From NCBI GenBank assembly GCA_017302875.1, contig JAFLCA010000002.1, forward strand, positions 1,118 to 65,117: a DNA stretch of 64,000 nt, given 5' to 3'. The DNA comes from Deltaproteobacteria bacterium (GTDB lineage Bacteria > Bdellovibrionota_C > UBA2361 > JAFLCA01). This document shows positions 46,415-55,073 of this stretch, one piece after another (position 1 is the stretch's first letter; every line of letters starts with the position of its first letter). Made by a program: the position numbers and the translations under genes. The notes beneath the pieces were generated by a model. It was given only the letters and a program-made list of their open reading frames with translations. It made no database searches and was not told where the DNA came from.

Positions 46415-47230
46415 ATGCGTGACTACACTTCATTGAGTCCTCGTTCCCTCAAGCGAGCTAACATGAAAGGTTCAGTCCTGCTGGAGTTCGCTATCGTCGT
46501 GCCCCTTCTGGTGGTCTTTTTTCTGGGCATCTCCGGAATTGGACAGCTACTTGGGCATGTAACTTGGATCTCACAAACGACCTACGCTGCGGCTCTCTTC
46601 GCAGCCGACGTGCCGCAGCCTGACGGGCCAGCTAAAGTTCAGCAAGCTACCGAGCGTTTAAGCGAAGCTCAAAATCGAGGTCAAGTCAGCGGTGATTGGA
46701 ATGCGCCAGTCTACACCGTAGGACAGATCACAGGCAAACCCATTGTAAGCGTAAGCGTCCCTGCGAATGTTTCGCCTCTCGTAAGCGCCATGTTTTCATC
46801 CAGTATCGGTGTGAGCGTAGCAGCTCCCTACCTTGTACCGAGCCAAGCAGCCTTCGCTGGGTTTAACGATTTTGCCAATCCCTCTGGCATCGTTACCTGC
46901 TATGCAGCCTCTTGTAACCCGATCGCACCGTATAATCCCGGGATTAGGAAAATAACCACCTTACCGGGTGAGACGAATTACGCTTACTATAATCCCACGA
47001 ACGAAGAGTCCACGAGAGCTTTTGAAACCTTTATGTCCACCATGGGCGGCCTGGATCGAAGTAGTCCGACTTACATAGAGGATGCTGCTGCTACGTACGA
47101 GAAGCTTATGTCAGCTTTTGAGGGTGCTATTTCCAACGATCCCTCGCTAGCCAAAGCGCTGACTCGATTGGACCCGATGACGACTGAATCGAAAAAAAGC
47201 ACCCGTACAGAGTATACGATTCTAGATTAG
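46415..47230 (+). CDS. TadE-like pseudopilin-type protein (cassette B, gene 1)
   Basis: 271 aa. ...SLKRANMKG|SVLLEFAIVVPLLVVFFLGISGIGQ TadE-type N-terminus with Glu at +5. Confidence 0.65.
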   Translation: MRDYTSLSPRSLKRANMKGSVLLEFAIVVPLLVVFFLGISGIGQLLGHVTWISQTTYAAALFAADVPQPDGPAKVQQATERLSEAQNRGQVSGDWNAPVYTVGQITGKPIVSVSVPANVSPLVSAMFSSSIGVSVAAPYLVPSQAAFAGFNDFANPSGIVTCYAASCNPIAPYNPGIRKITTLPGETNYAYYNPTNEESTRAFETFMSTMGGLDRSSPTYIEDAAATYEKLMSAFEGAISNDPSLAKALTRLDPMTTESKKSTRTEYTILD

Positions 47231-47339
47231 AACCTAAGGGCTTGGCCGCACTGACATTTACCGGGGTGATAGGGGCGTGCTAAGGTAAGTATTCTGTATA
47301 AGAATGCGTGCTGATTAAAAGACTTACCCTGGGGAAAGT

Positions 47340-48818
47340 TTGAGCTTCCCGTTTCGTAAAATTTTCCGATTGCCGCCTGCCTTGGCCCGCTGGGGTTCCC
47401 AGCGCTCAGAGCTTGGCGCCTCCATTCTGGAAGCGGCTATCTCCCTGCCGATCTTCTTCTTATTTATTTTCTTCTTGATCGATCTCGCCCGGTACTTTTT
47501 CATCTACGCGATTCTGAACTATGCGGCGTACAGCGGAGTGGATCTCGCTTCAAAACTCGAAGTTGAAGCCAATACAACTGTCACCGGCTGTGCCGCAGAA
47601 TCGACCCCCTGTGCTCGTTATGGAAATTCAGTCGCCTCCATTTTAGATCGCACTACACGCCTCGCGTATTTAGTTGCGAGCCCCTCAACCGTCGCAAGCG
47701 GAGCTCGACTACAGTCATTCGCTCACTACGTTCCTTCGATGTACGACAGTGGGCAGAACAATTCGGGCCTTAGTCCGTTTTTAACGGTACCCTTTTCAAA
47801 AGATGCTGCTTTTCTTCGTCCGGGAGAAGTCGTTTGTCGTAATGGAACCTGCGATTCGCCTAACCAGGTTCAGCACAACTTTCGAGAGTACGGAACCGGA
47901 ATTGGAAAAGGCTGGCCTTCAGACAATGAAAACTGGGCGTCGATTCTAGAAAGCTCCCCCTTAGAGATGCGACTTGAAGCAGAGTTTACGCCGGTTACTC
48001 CATTCTTCCCACACCTTAGAATTCACGCCGTGCAGTACGCCTACCGCAGCGTGAAGAAGGCGGGCCGCCCCTATAGCTTCGTCTCGGCACCCACAAATGC
48101 GCCTTCAGCAACTTCGACGATGACACCGACCTCCACCCCGGTGCCGCCTTCACCGACACCGCCCGTCACGCCTACGGCGACCCTCTCTCCGACGACGACG
48201 GTAACTCCGACAGCCACCAGCAGTCCGACGGCAACAACGAGTCCGACCGCGACCATTACGCCGACTAATAGCCCAACAGCCACGCAGACCCCGACTGCAA
48301 CGAATTCGCCGACGGCCACAAACAGCCCGACGGCGACGAGCACTCCGACTTTGAGCCCAACTGCGACTAGAAGCCCGACGCCAACTCAGACCCCCACGGC
48401 GACGAACAGTCCAACACCAACTGCGACACCTTCAAATTCGCCAACATTTACGTACTCGCCAACTGCAACACACACGCCAACGGCGACTAGTACGGCAACG
48501 CCAACCGTCACTCCGACTTTCACCCCGACGGCTACGTCGTCGCCAACAGCAACACAGAGCCCGACGCCAACGTTATCGCCAACCCCAACAGCTACGGGAA
48601 CTGTTACTCCGACAGCGACACTCTCGCCGACGGCTACCATTACCCCAACGGCAACTTCAACGCCGACAGCGACACAGCGTCCTGAGTGCGCCAACTGCGC
48701 TTGCGGAAACACCGGGTCATGCTGCAGCCAGGCGGGGATGATGTATGTGTGTAACGTACTTTGTGGTGGCATTCCGCTGTGCGGTCAAGCGAATTGCTGC
48801 CCAGGAACGGGCGGATAG
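47340..48818 (+). CDS. TadE-like N-terminus + globular domain + Thr/Pro-rich stalk + Cys-rich tail (cassette B, gene 2); paralog of 42503-43900
   Basis: 492 aa with TTG start. ...SELG|[28 protein letters not shown] at the N-terminus. Residues about 250-447 are T/P/S/A-rich. The tail is [43 protein letters not shown]. Confidence 0.75.
   Translation: MSFPFRKIFRLPPALARWGSQRSELGASILEAAISLPIFFLFIFFLIDLARYFFIYAILNYAAYSGVDLASKLEVEANTTVTGCAAESTPCARYGNSVASILDRTTRLAYLVASPSTVASGARLQSFAHYVPSMYDSGQNNSGLSPFLTVPFSKDAAFLRPGEVVCRNGTCDSPNQVQHNFREYGTGIGKGWPSDNENWASILESSPLEMRLEAEFTPVTPFFPHLRIHAVQYAYRSVKKAGRPYSFVSAPTNAPSATSTMTPTSTPVPPSPTPPVTPTATLSPTTTVTPTATSSPTATTSPTATITPTNSPTATQTPTATNSPTATNSPTATSTPTLSPTATRSPTPTQTPTATNSPTPTATPSNSPTFTYSPTATHTPTATSTATPTVTPTFTPTATSSPTATQSPTPTLSPTPTATGTVTPTATLSPTATITPTATSTPTATQRPECANCACGNTGSCCSQAGMMYVCNVLCGGIPLCGQANCCPGTGG
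48087..48680 (+). repeat. Degenerate in-frame ACN/CCN repeat region encoding the Thr/Pro stalk
   Basis: SPTATxSPTAT / [11 protein letters not shown] peptide units. Opposite-strand V/G-rich ORFs are artefacts. Confidence 0.85.
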
Positions 48819-48866
48819 TGCGCAAATTGCTTGGCATAGGATAGGATTTTTATAGTAAGAATTTTT

Positions 48867-51113
48867 ATGAAAATCTCGGCGAATCACTCCAAGAATGAGA
48901 AAGAACGGGGACTATATCTAATCCTCGTGGCTTTTTTCATTTTCGTTCTTGTTGCCCTGTGCGGCCTGGTGATTGGTCTTGGGTTTCTCTCTACCAATCG
49001 CTCTCGCCTTCAGAACATTGCTAATGTCAGCTCTATAGCGGCACTCGACGGCTTCATCCAAGCTCGCAATCCTTCTACAGGGGATCCCTTGGCGTACGAT
49101 GTTCGAAAGACTGTCGCGATGAACCGCGCCAATGAACTAATTGTGGCGAATAAGAAACTACCGGGAGTCCGGTTTGATCTTGGGGAAGTTGGACTGGCCC
49201 CTGCAGGAGGCAATGGCGGTAAACTAACAGTCGGAATGTGGTATCCGGAAATACCCGCTACCGGAACACCGTGCGGAGCCAATGCCTCCGACTACCCTTG
49301 CTTCCGGGAGAATCCGGTCGTGCCCACAGGAACGCCGATAGCCAATGCGGTGAGACTCGAAGTATTCAGTCAACCGACAAATCCTCTAATTGCTCCCTTC
49401 GCATCCTTTTTTGGTCAACATGGAATTACTCTTAACACGACCAGCATTGCCCGCGTCGTTCAACGTTGCGTAGTGTTCCTGCTAGACGTTTCACTATCCA
49501 CAGTTCAGGAGACTCATTTATACGGCAGAAATGCGCCTGCCCCGCTGCCTCCCGATCCGGCATGCATTCCTCCGGAGCTCGGTGGAGCCTGCACGCCGTT
49601 GATGCAGGTGACGCTCGCTCCGACGCCGGCACTGGTTATCAGCGAACCGCAGCCGCCATCGCTTTTTGCCTATCGCGTAAGTGCGCTTGGCCCGCTTGCA
49701 TCGCGCACTCCGCCGCTGACTCCGCCACCATTTCCAACGCCGAACCCGTGTCAGAATCTGACGAGCTATTGGGCGGCCAATTCCGGGGAAGATCTGCTCT
49801 ATTTTTGTAATATGAAGACTTCGCGTACGGGATTTATGTCCCCGCCGTATGTTCAGCATTATCGCTCAGATTACCGGATCCACCCCTCGATATTTGGCGA
49901 CGTCTTCATTGATAAATACGAGGAGAATATCAACACGTACGTTGGTCCAGAACCGCTTAGCCGATTCTTCCTTTCCTTTAACGCGGGGCTGCGTGCGGTT
50001 AATCAGGTGCGATCGCCTGGCGACAAGGCGCTGCTATACGTGTTTACGGGCAAAGCAGTCGGCACAGAGCCGCAATCCACGCCTCCAACCTACGAACTGA
50101 CCGAGAACCTAAATTCGCTTATTCAACTGACAAATATTTACAACCGTGGAACCATCGATCGAAACGGAGCCATCGTACACCCAGTCGTAACTCCGAACTT
50201 CGTATCACGCGGATTTTTCCCGATTCTTGCTTCGAGCGCTGACACCATTAGCACCACTACGAACTTAGGCCTGGCACTTTGGGACGCGATTGGAGCCCTC
50301 AGCAGCTGCCCGGACTCTGCTCGACGTTCCATCATCGTAGCCACAGACGGGATTCCGAGTTGTGGTTGGAATACACAAGGCAGCCTTAACGGCACCCCGC
50401 GTCCCGATCCCATTTTTGACTGCCCTCCACCGACGAACGGCGATTACTACACCAATTACCTTCAGGCAGAACAATCCATTCTTGGCCCCATCAAGGATGA
50501 ACTGGTCCGACGCGGCATTTCAGTGACTGCGCTGCTCGACGCTGAAAACATTCAACCAAATTTTATAAATGCAACGATTCCTCCCGGAGCCGGCACACCG
50601 ACAGGAGACTTTGTGGACCCTGAAGATGCCGCTCAGAACGGATTCTGCGCCGGAGTTCCAACTCCGATTGGAGGCGGCGCCGCACCTTGCGATAAACCAT
50701 TCTTCCTCTCTAGCCCTGTAATTCCTGACGAGGCACTGGGCCCGTACAATGCCTGGGTGGCAGGCGGACCCTCAGCCCCCGTGGACTACGATCATTTCGC
50801 ATTCAAGTACAGCGACACCCCAAATTTAGGAGTCAAATTCCGCCGTCCCAACGCACTATGGGGACAGCTTGCACTCGACACCCAAGGCGTCATTTGCCCG
50901 TTATTGCCAGAGTGTCCTCCACAGGCGTACGCTCCGGGAATTCCTCCAAATCCGCCGCAGATATTGCCGACCTGGAGACAAGGTATGTCCGTTATGGACT
51001 GCTCTCCAGCCAAACAGAGTAAGGCGCAACAAGCGGTGAACTGCGTGCTTGCAGCGATTGGCGTGAACCCATATCAGAACGTCGAAGAAATTCCTCCAAC
51101 CGTTGCTCCATAA
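48867..51113 (+). CDS. TadG-like protein with vWA domain (cassette B, gene 3); paralog of 43959-46184
   Basis: 748 aa. KERGLYLILVAFFIFVLVALCGLVIGLGFLS at the N-terminus. MIDAS DVSLS at 49485-49499, later IVATDGIPS. Colinear with 43959-46184 over the whole length. Confidence 0.7.
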   Translation: MKISANHSKNEKERGLYLILVAFFIFVLVALCGLVIGLGFLSTNRSRLQNIANVSSIAALDGFIQARNPSTGDPLAYDVRKTVAMNRANELIVANKKLPGVRFDLGEVGLAPAGGNGGKLTVGMWYPEIPATGTPCGANASDYPCFRENPVVPTGTPIANAVRLEVFSQPTNPLIAPFASFFGQHGITLNTTSIARVVQRCVVFLLDVSLSTVQETHLYGRNAPAPLPPDPACIPPELGGACTPLMQVTLAPTPALVISEPQPPSLFAYRVSALGPLASRTPPLTPPPFPTPNPCQNLTSYWAANSGEDLLYFCNMKTSRTGFMSPPYVQHYRSDYRIHPSIFGDVFIDKYEENINTYVGPEPLSRFFLSFNAGLRAVNQVRSPGDKALLYVFTGKAVGTEPQSTPPTYELTENLNSLIQLTNIYNRGTIDRNGAIVHPVVTPNFVSRGFFPILASSADTISTTTNLGLALWDAIGALSSCPDSARRSIIVATDGIPSCGWNTQGSLNGTPRPDPIFDCPPPTNGDYYTNYLQAEQSILGPIKDELVRRGISVTALLDAENIQPNFINATIPPGAGTPTGDFVDPEDAAQNGFCAGVPTPIGGGAAPCDKPFFLSSPVIPDEALGPYNAWVAGGPSAPVDYDHFAFKYSDTPNLGVKFRRPNALWGQLALDTQGVICPLLPECPPQAYAPGIPPNPPQILPTWRQGMSVMDCSPAKQSKAQQAVNCVLAAIGVNPYQNVEEIPPTVAP

Positions 51114-51114
51114 A

Positions 51115-51146
51115 GAAAGGGCTGACCAGTATTGGTCAGCCCTTTC
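51115..51146. terminator. Hairpin between convergent genes (probable bidirectional terminator)
   Basis: GAAAGGGCTGACCA-GTAT-TGGTCAGCCCTTTC forms a 14-bp perfect stem. It is flanked by short T-rich/A-rich runs and lies between the stop codons at 51113 (+) and 51177 (-). Confidence 0.65.
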
Positions 51147-51176
51147 TTGTAGAAGCCAGTTCCCGATCCGAGCGGA

Positions 51177-53168
51177 TTACTTCAGCCAGCCAGCAATCTT
51201 TGTAGCTACCGCAGCCGGAGTGAACCCGAACTTCTCGGCCACCACTTCGCCCGGTGCGGAGGCTCCGTAGTGATCGAGCCCGATTAACAAACCGTCGGCA
51301 CCAACCATGCGCTCCCAACCCAAGGTAATACCGGCCTCAAGTGAAACCTTTTTGGCTTGCGGTGGAATCACGCTGTCGCGATAAGATTTATCCTGCGCAC
51401 CGAAAAGCTCCCATGACGGCAGTGACACCACTCTCACCTTGGTTCCCTTCTGTTCAAGAATTTTTGCAGCTTCACAGGCCAGCCCCACTTCAGATCCCGT
51501 CGCGACAATCACCAGACTCTGGCACTCCGCACCGTACGCGACATAGCCGCCCTTCAGAATGTCGTCCGGCTTGAATGACTTCGGCCTCTCGAACGGCATA
51601 ATGTTCTGACGCGTGAAGAGCAAGGCACTTGGTCCATTCTTCTTGGTAATTGCTGCGTAGTAGCACATGCCTACCTCAAGCCCATCGGCTGGGCGGAAGA
51701 CATTTAGCTTGGGAATGGCTCGCAGCGCCATATAATGCTCAATCGGTTCGTGAGTCGGACCATCTTCACCAACCCAGAAACTGTCATGCGTAAACAAGAA
51801 CAGACTCTGTAAGTGTGAGATCGCGGCCAAGCGCATCGGCGGTCGCATGTAATCAGAGAACACCAAAAACGTGGCCGTGTATGGTAGCCAAGCCTGGCAG
51901 TATGCCAGGCCGTTCGCGATCGAACCCATGGCGTGTTCCCGTACACCGAAATGAATGTTACGGCCGGCGAAGCTTCCGGTCTTTACATCACCGCAGTCCT
52001 TCAGATAGGTCTTGGTCGATGGATCGAGGTCAGCAGAACCACCAACCAGGAAAGGCACTTCCTTGGCAATAACTTGCAAAGCCTTTCCCGACAGATTTCG
52101 CGTCGCATCCTTCTTATTGTCCGAAAAAGCAGCGATCAGATTATCTTTCAACGTGACAGGAATCTCGCGCGAGAGCTGATTGCAGTAGTGCTTGCCTTTC
52201 TCCGGATTTGCCTTCGACCAGCTCTCAAAGTCAGACTGCCATTTCGAGTACACTTTCGTTTTCTCGGCAACAAGCGATCCAAGAAAGTCCTTCACATCAT
52301 CTGGAACCAAGAACGGAGGTTGTTCCGGCCAGCCTAAATTCTTCTTAGTCGCTTTGACTTCATCCGCGCCAAGCGGCGAACCATGCGCCTCATGCGTATT
52401 GGCCTTATGCGGACTTCCAAATCCAAGCGTCGTGCGGCAGCAAATAATGCTCGGGCGCGAAGGCTCGGCAATGGCTTTTTCCAAACAAGCTTGGAAGGCC
52501 GTCATGTCGTGACCATCAACGCTCTGCGCAAACCAGCCGTAGGATTCGAAACGCTTCGGGACAGACTCGGTGAAACATACGTCAGTGCCACCAGCGAGCG
52601 AGATATGGTTATCGTCGTACAGATAGACAAGATTGTTGAGGCCCAGATGCCCCGCTAACGAAGCGGCCTCAGCGGCGACACCTTCCATCAAGTCACCATC
52701 GCTGACGAGTCCGTACACACGATAGTTGAAAAGCTCCTTCGAATAGCGTTCACCGAACATCTTTCCGGATAGAGCGATACCCACACCATTGGCGAAGCCT
52801 TGGCCAAGCGGCCCGGTGGTGGTCTCCACTCCTGGGGTCATTCCAAACTCAGGGTGACCAGGCGTAATACTCTCCCATTGGCGGAAGCTCTGCAGAGCAG
52901 ACATAGGAACGTCGTAGCCAAAGAGGTTTAGAAGCGAGTACCACAACATGCAGCCATGGCCGGCTGAGAGGACAAATCTGTCGCGATTAGCCCAGCTCGG
53001 GTCCTTGGGGTTAAAGCGCAAATAGTTCGCCCACAGCACGGTGGCGTAGTCAGCGGCACCCATCGGCAGCCCGGGATGGCCAGAATTCGCCTTTTCAATG
53101 GCGTCCACCGAAAGCATTCTAACCGTCGTGGCTAAACGCTTAAGCTGCTCAAGTTGAAGCTTCTGCAT
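51177..53168 (-). CDS. tkt: Transketolase
   Basis: 663 aa. [18 protein letters not shown] and [19 protein letters not shown] motifs. Confidence 0.95.
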   Translation of the reverse strand: MQKLQLEQLKRLATTVRMLSVDAIEKANSGHPGLPMGAADYATVLWANYLRFNPKDPSWANRDRFVLSAGHGCMLWYSLLNLFGYDVPMSALQSFRQWESITPGHPEFGMTPGVETTTGPLGQGFANGVGIALSGKMFGERYSKELFNYRVYGLVSDGDLMEGVAAEAASLAGHLGLNNLVYLYDDNHISLAGGTDVCFTESVPKRFESYGWFAQSVDGHDMTAFQACLEKAIAEPSRPSIICCRTTLGFGSPHKANTHEAHGSPLGADEVKATKKNLGWPEQPPFLVPDDVKDFLGSLVAEKTKVYSKWQSDFESWSKANPEKGKHYCNQLSREIPVTLKDNLIAAFSDNKKDATRNLSGKALQVIAKEVPFLVGGSADLDPSTKTYLKDCGDVKTGSFAGRNIHFGVREHAMGSIANGLAYCQAWLPYTATFLVFSDYMRPPMRLAAISHLQSLFLFTHDSFWVGEDGPTHEPIEHYMALRAIPKLNVFRPADGLEVGMCYYAAITKKNGPSALLFTRQNIMPFERPKSFKPDDILKGGYVAYGAECQSLVIVATGSEVGLACEAAKILEQKGTKVRVVSLPSWELFGAQDKSYRDSVIPPQAKKVSLEAGITLGWERMVGADGLLIGLDHYGASAPGEVVAEKFGFTPAAVATKIAGWLK

Positions 53169-53386
53169 GGGCTCTCTCCTAATCTAACAAATTCAAGTAG
53201 TTAATTTACCTAGTTCGCCTACAGCTGTTTTTTATGTAAGAGCCCGGAAGGCAGCGGGATCAGTAACAGGTGCAGTAACACAGAAAATCCTGTGTCCTAA
53301 CCAGGTTGGCACGTTTTTGGCTAATTAGCCTGGTAACCCTTTAGTTCGTCGCCTCAAAAGCGGCGAATTCATAATGCCTGACTCCT

Positions 53387-53423
53387 GGTTAAGTGGGTTC
53401 CCCCACCCACTTAACCTTTTTTT
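53387..53423 (+). terminator. Rho-independent-terminator-like hairpin oriented on the + strand
   Basis: GGTTAAGTGGGT-TCCCCC-ACCCACTTAACC forms a 12-bp perfect stem followed by T7. Both flanking genes are on the - strand. Confidence 0.55.
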
Positions 53424-53482
53424 CTTTCAGGCCGCAATTTCTGATTACATCAAAGACCGCAAGCGCACTAAGCGCCGCTACC

Positions 53483-54037
53483 CTACAGTCGCCACTTAAT
53501 CGAGCAGCCTAAAGCATGAGTATAGGCCGGGCTTGGGTTTTGTCCCTGTAGGGTTTGGGCAATAGCCGTAGAGAGGTAGTCCTTGGTGACTTTGGCCGGA
53601 TCTCGAGGGCTGTCGTTGATTGTTCCGTGATACACCAAGGTCTGCGAAGCATTAAAAAGATAGAACTCCGGAGTGCAAGCAGCGTCGAAAAGCTTAGCTA
53701 CCGCTTGAGACTCATCATAAAGGTACGGATAAGGTAACTGCATGGCGCGAGCCTTAGCCTGCATATGGGGAAAGCTGTCGTCCGGATACTGCACAGCATC
53801 GTTCGAGCTAATAGCAATCGTCTTTAGTCCCTGCCCCTCAAATTTCTTCACAATAGAAATCAGCATCTCTTCGCTGCCCTTAACGTACGGACAGTGATTG
53901 CAGGTAAAAGTGACGAGACAAGCCTTAGCGCCCTCAAAATAGCGCGACGAAACATTCTTTCCGTCAACGTTCGGAAGATCGAATTGAGGGAGCTTTGATC
54001 CAAGAGGAAACTTCTGACTAGCTGATTCGCGCTGCAT
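53483..54037 (-). CDS. Thioredoxin-fold redoxin family protein (AhpC/TSA/TlpA-like)
   Basis: 184 aa with CxxC in TFTCNHCPYVKG. Confidence 0.7.
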   Translation of the reverse strand: MQRESASQKFPLGSKLPQFDLPNVDGKNVSSRYFEGAKACLVTFTCNHCPYVKGSEEMLISIVKKFEGQGLKTIAISSNDAVQYPDDSFPHMQAKARAMQLPYPYLYDESQAVAKLFDAACTPEFYLFNASQTLVYHGTINDSPRDPAKVTKDYLSTAIAQTLQGQNPSPAYTHALGCSIKWRL

Positions 54038-54057
54038 GCCCGACTCCGCTTACGTAA

Positions 54058-54909
54058 TTAGGCTTTTTTGTAGTACCGAGAGTGTTTTGCCAAGAAATTC
54101 TTGGTCTGCTCTGCAAACCACTCCGGATGTTCAATCATCGGAGCGTGGCCGCACTTCTTGATGGTTATCAAGGTCGAATTAGGAATATTGGCATGAAACT
54201 GCTCGGCAACATCCATGGTGGTGACCAGATCATCCTCGCCCCACAGCAACAGCGTCGGCACTCGAATCTGCTTTAACAAATGCAGAAGATTATCGCGCTT
54301 GGCGCTGCGTGCCGCATGGATAATATTCAGCACGTTCATGCGATTGGAAAGAATCTGATAAATTTCTTCAACAGCTTTATCCGTCACGAGTTTCGGATCG
54401 CAGAACACGCGCCCCATGTGCTCGCGAATATAATTACGATCCGGACGCACCGGAAGCGCGTCTACCGAGTGTTCGTAGAGACCAGAAGTGCCGGTAAGAA
54501 TCAAACAATCCACCAGCTCAGGCGCGGCCAAGCAGAGCCGCATAGCGACATGCCCGCCCAATGAGTTGCCGCAAATCGCAGCCGGCTGCAAATTACGCTG
54601 ACGAATAAAAAACTCAGTATAAGAAGCGAGCGACTTAACCTTCACTTCAGAGCGGTGCGCCGTGAGTATCGGAAGATGCAAAGCGAGCGGACGGCAGAAA
54701 TGCGTCAAATGCGGGAAAACGGAATCCCAATTAGAAAGCGCTCCAAGCAGACCATGCAACAAAACCAGTTCAGGCCCCTTGTTGCCCGCACTGGAGGGAT
54801 CTGCTTCTACGACTTGAAACTGCGGAGTTTCTTCAGCCTTTAGCCAATGCGGGTCCGAGCCTGAACGAGCAGCAGTATTTTTTACTTCTTGGAAGATCTT
54901 GCTGAGCAT
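54058..54909 (-). CDS. Alpha/beta-fold hydrolase
   Basis: 283 aa. HGLLG oxyanion region, nucleophile elbow GNSLGGH, C-terminal CGHAPMIEHP. Confidence 0.8.
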   Translation of the reverse strand: MLSKIFQEVKNTAARSGSDPHWLKAEETPQFQVVEADPSSAGNKGPELVLLHGLLGALSNWDSVFPHLTHFCRPLALHLPILTAHRSEVKVKSLASYTEFFIRQRNLQPAAICGNSLGGHVAMRLCLAAPELVDCLILTGTSGLYEHSVDALPVRPDRNYIREHMGRVFCDPKLVTDKAVEEIYQILSNRMNVLNIIHAARSAKRDNLLHLLKQIRVPTLLLWGEDDLVTTMDVAEQFHANIPNSTLITIKKCGHAPMIEHPEWFAEQTKNFLAKHSRYYKKA

Positions 54910-55073
54910 TACATCATCTTTCTTGCTGAACCCGCAGTGATGGTAGCGACAGTTGGAGTTCCACCTTCATGGCCGGCCTCTGCAGTGAGGAGGGCGTCGC
55001 GTGTTGATTGAGAGTTCTAATTCCTAGCCTTTTGCGGATAACCAGTAATATTCAGTGGTTATACATAAACTTT

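Noticed and set aside
43193-48680. Whether the repetitive Thr/Pro-coding DNA could be a CRISPR array or satellite.
   Set aside because: There is no regular repeat-spacer periodicity. The repeats are degenerate, in-frame and coding. No cas genes occur in the window.
54910-55073. 7-bp hairpin (ATAACCA...TGGTTAT) downstream of parE as a terminator.
   Set aside because: The stem is short, the loop is 11 nt, and there is no U-tract on the relevant (-) strand.
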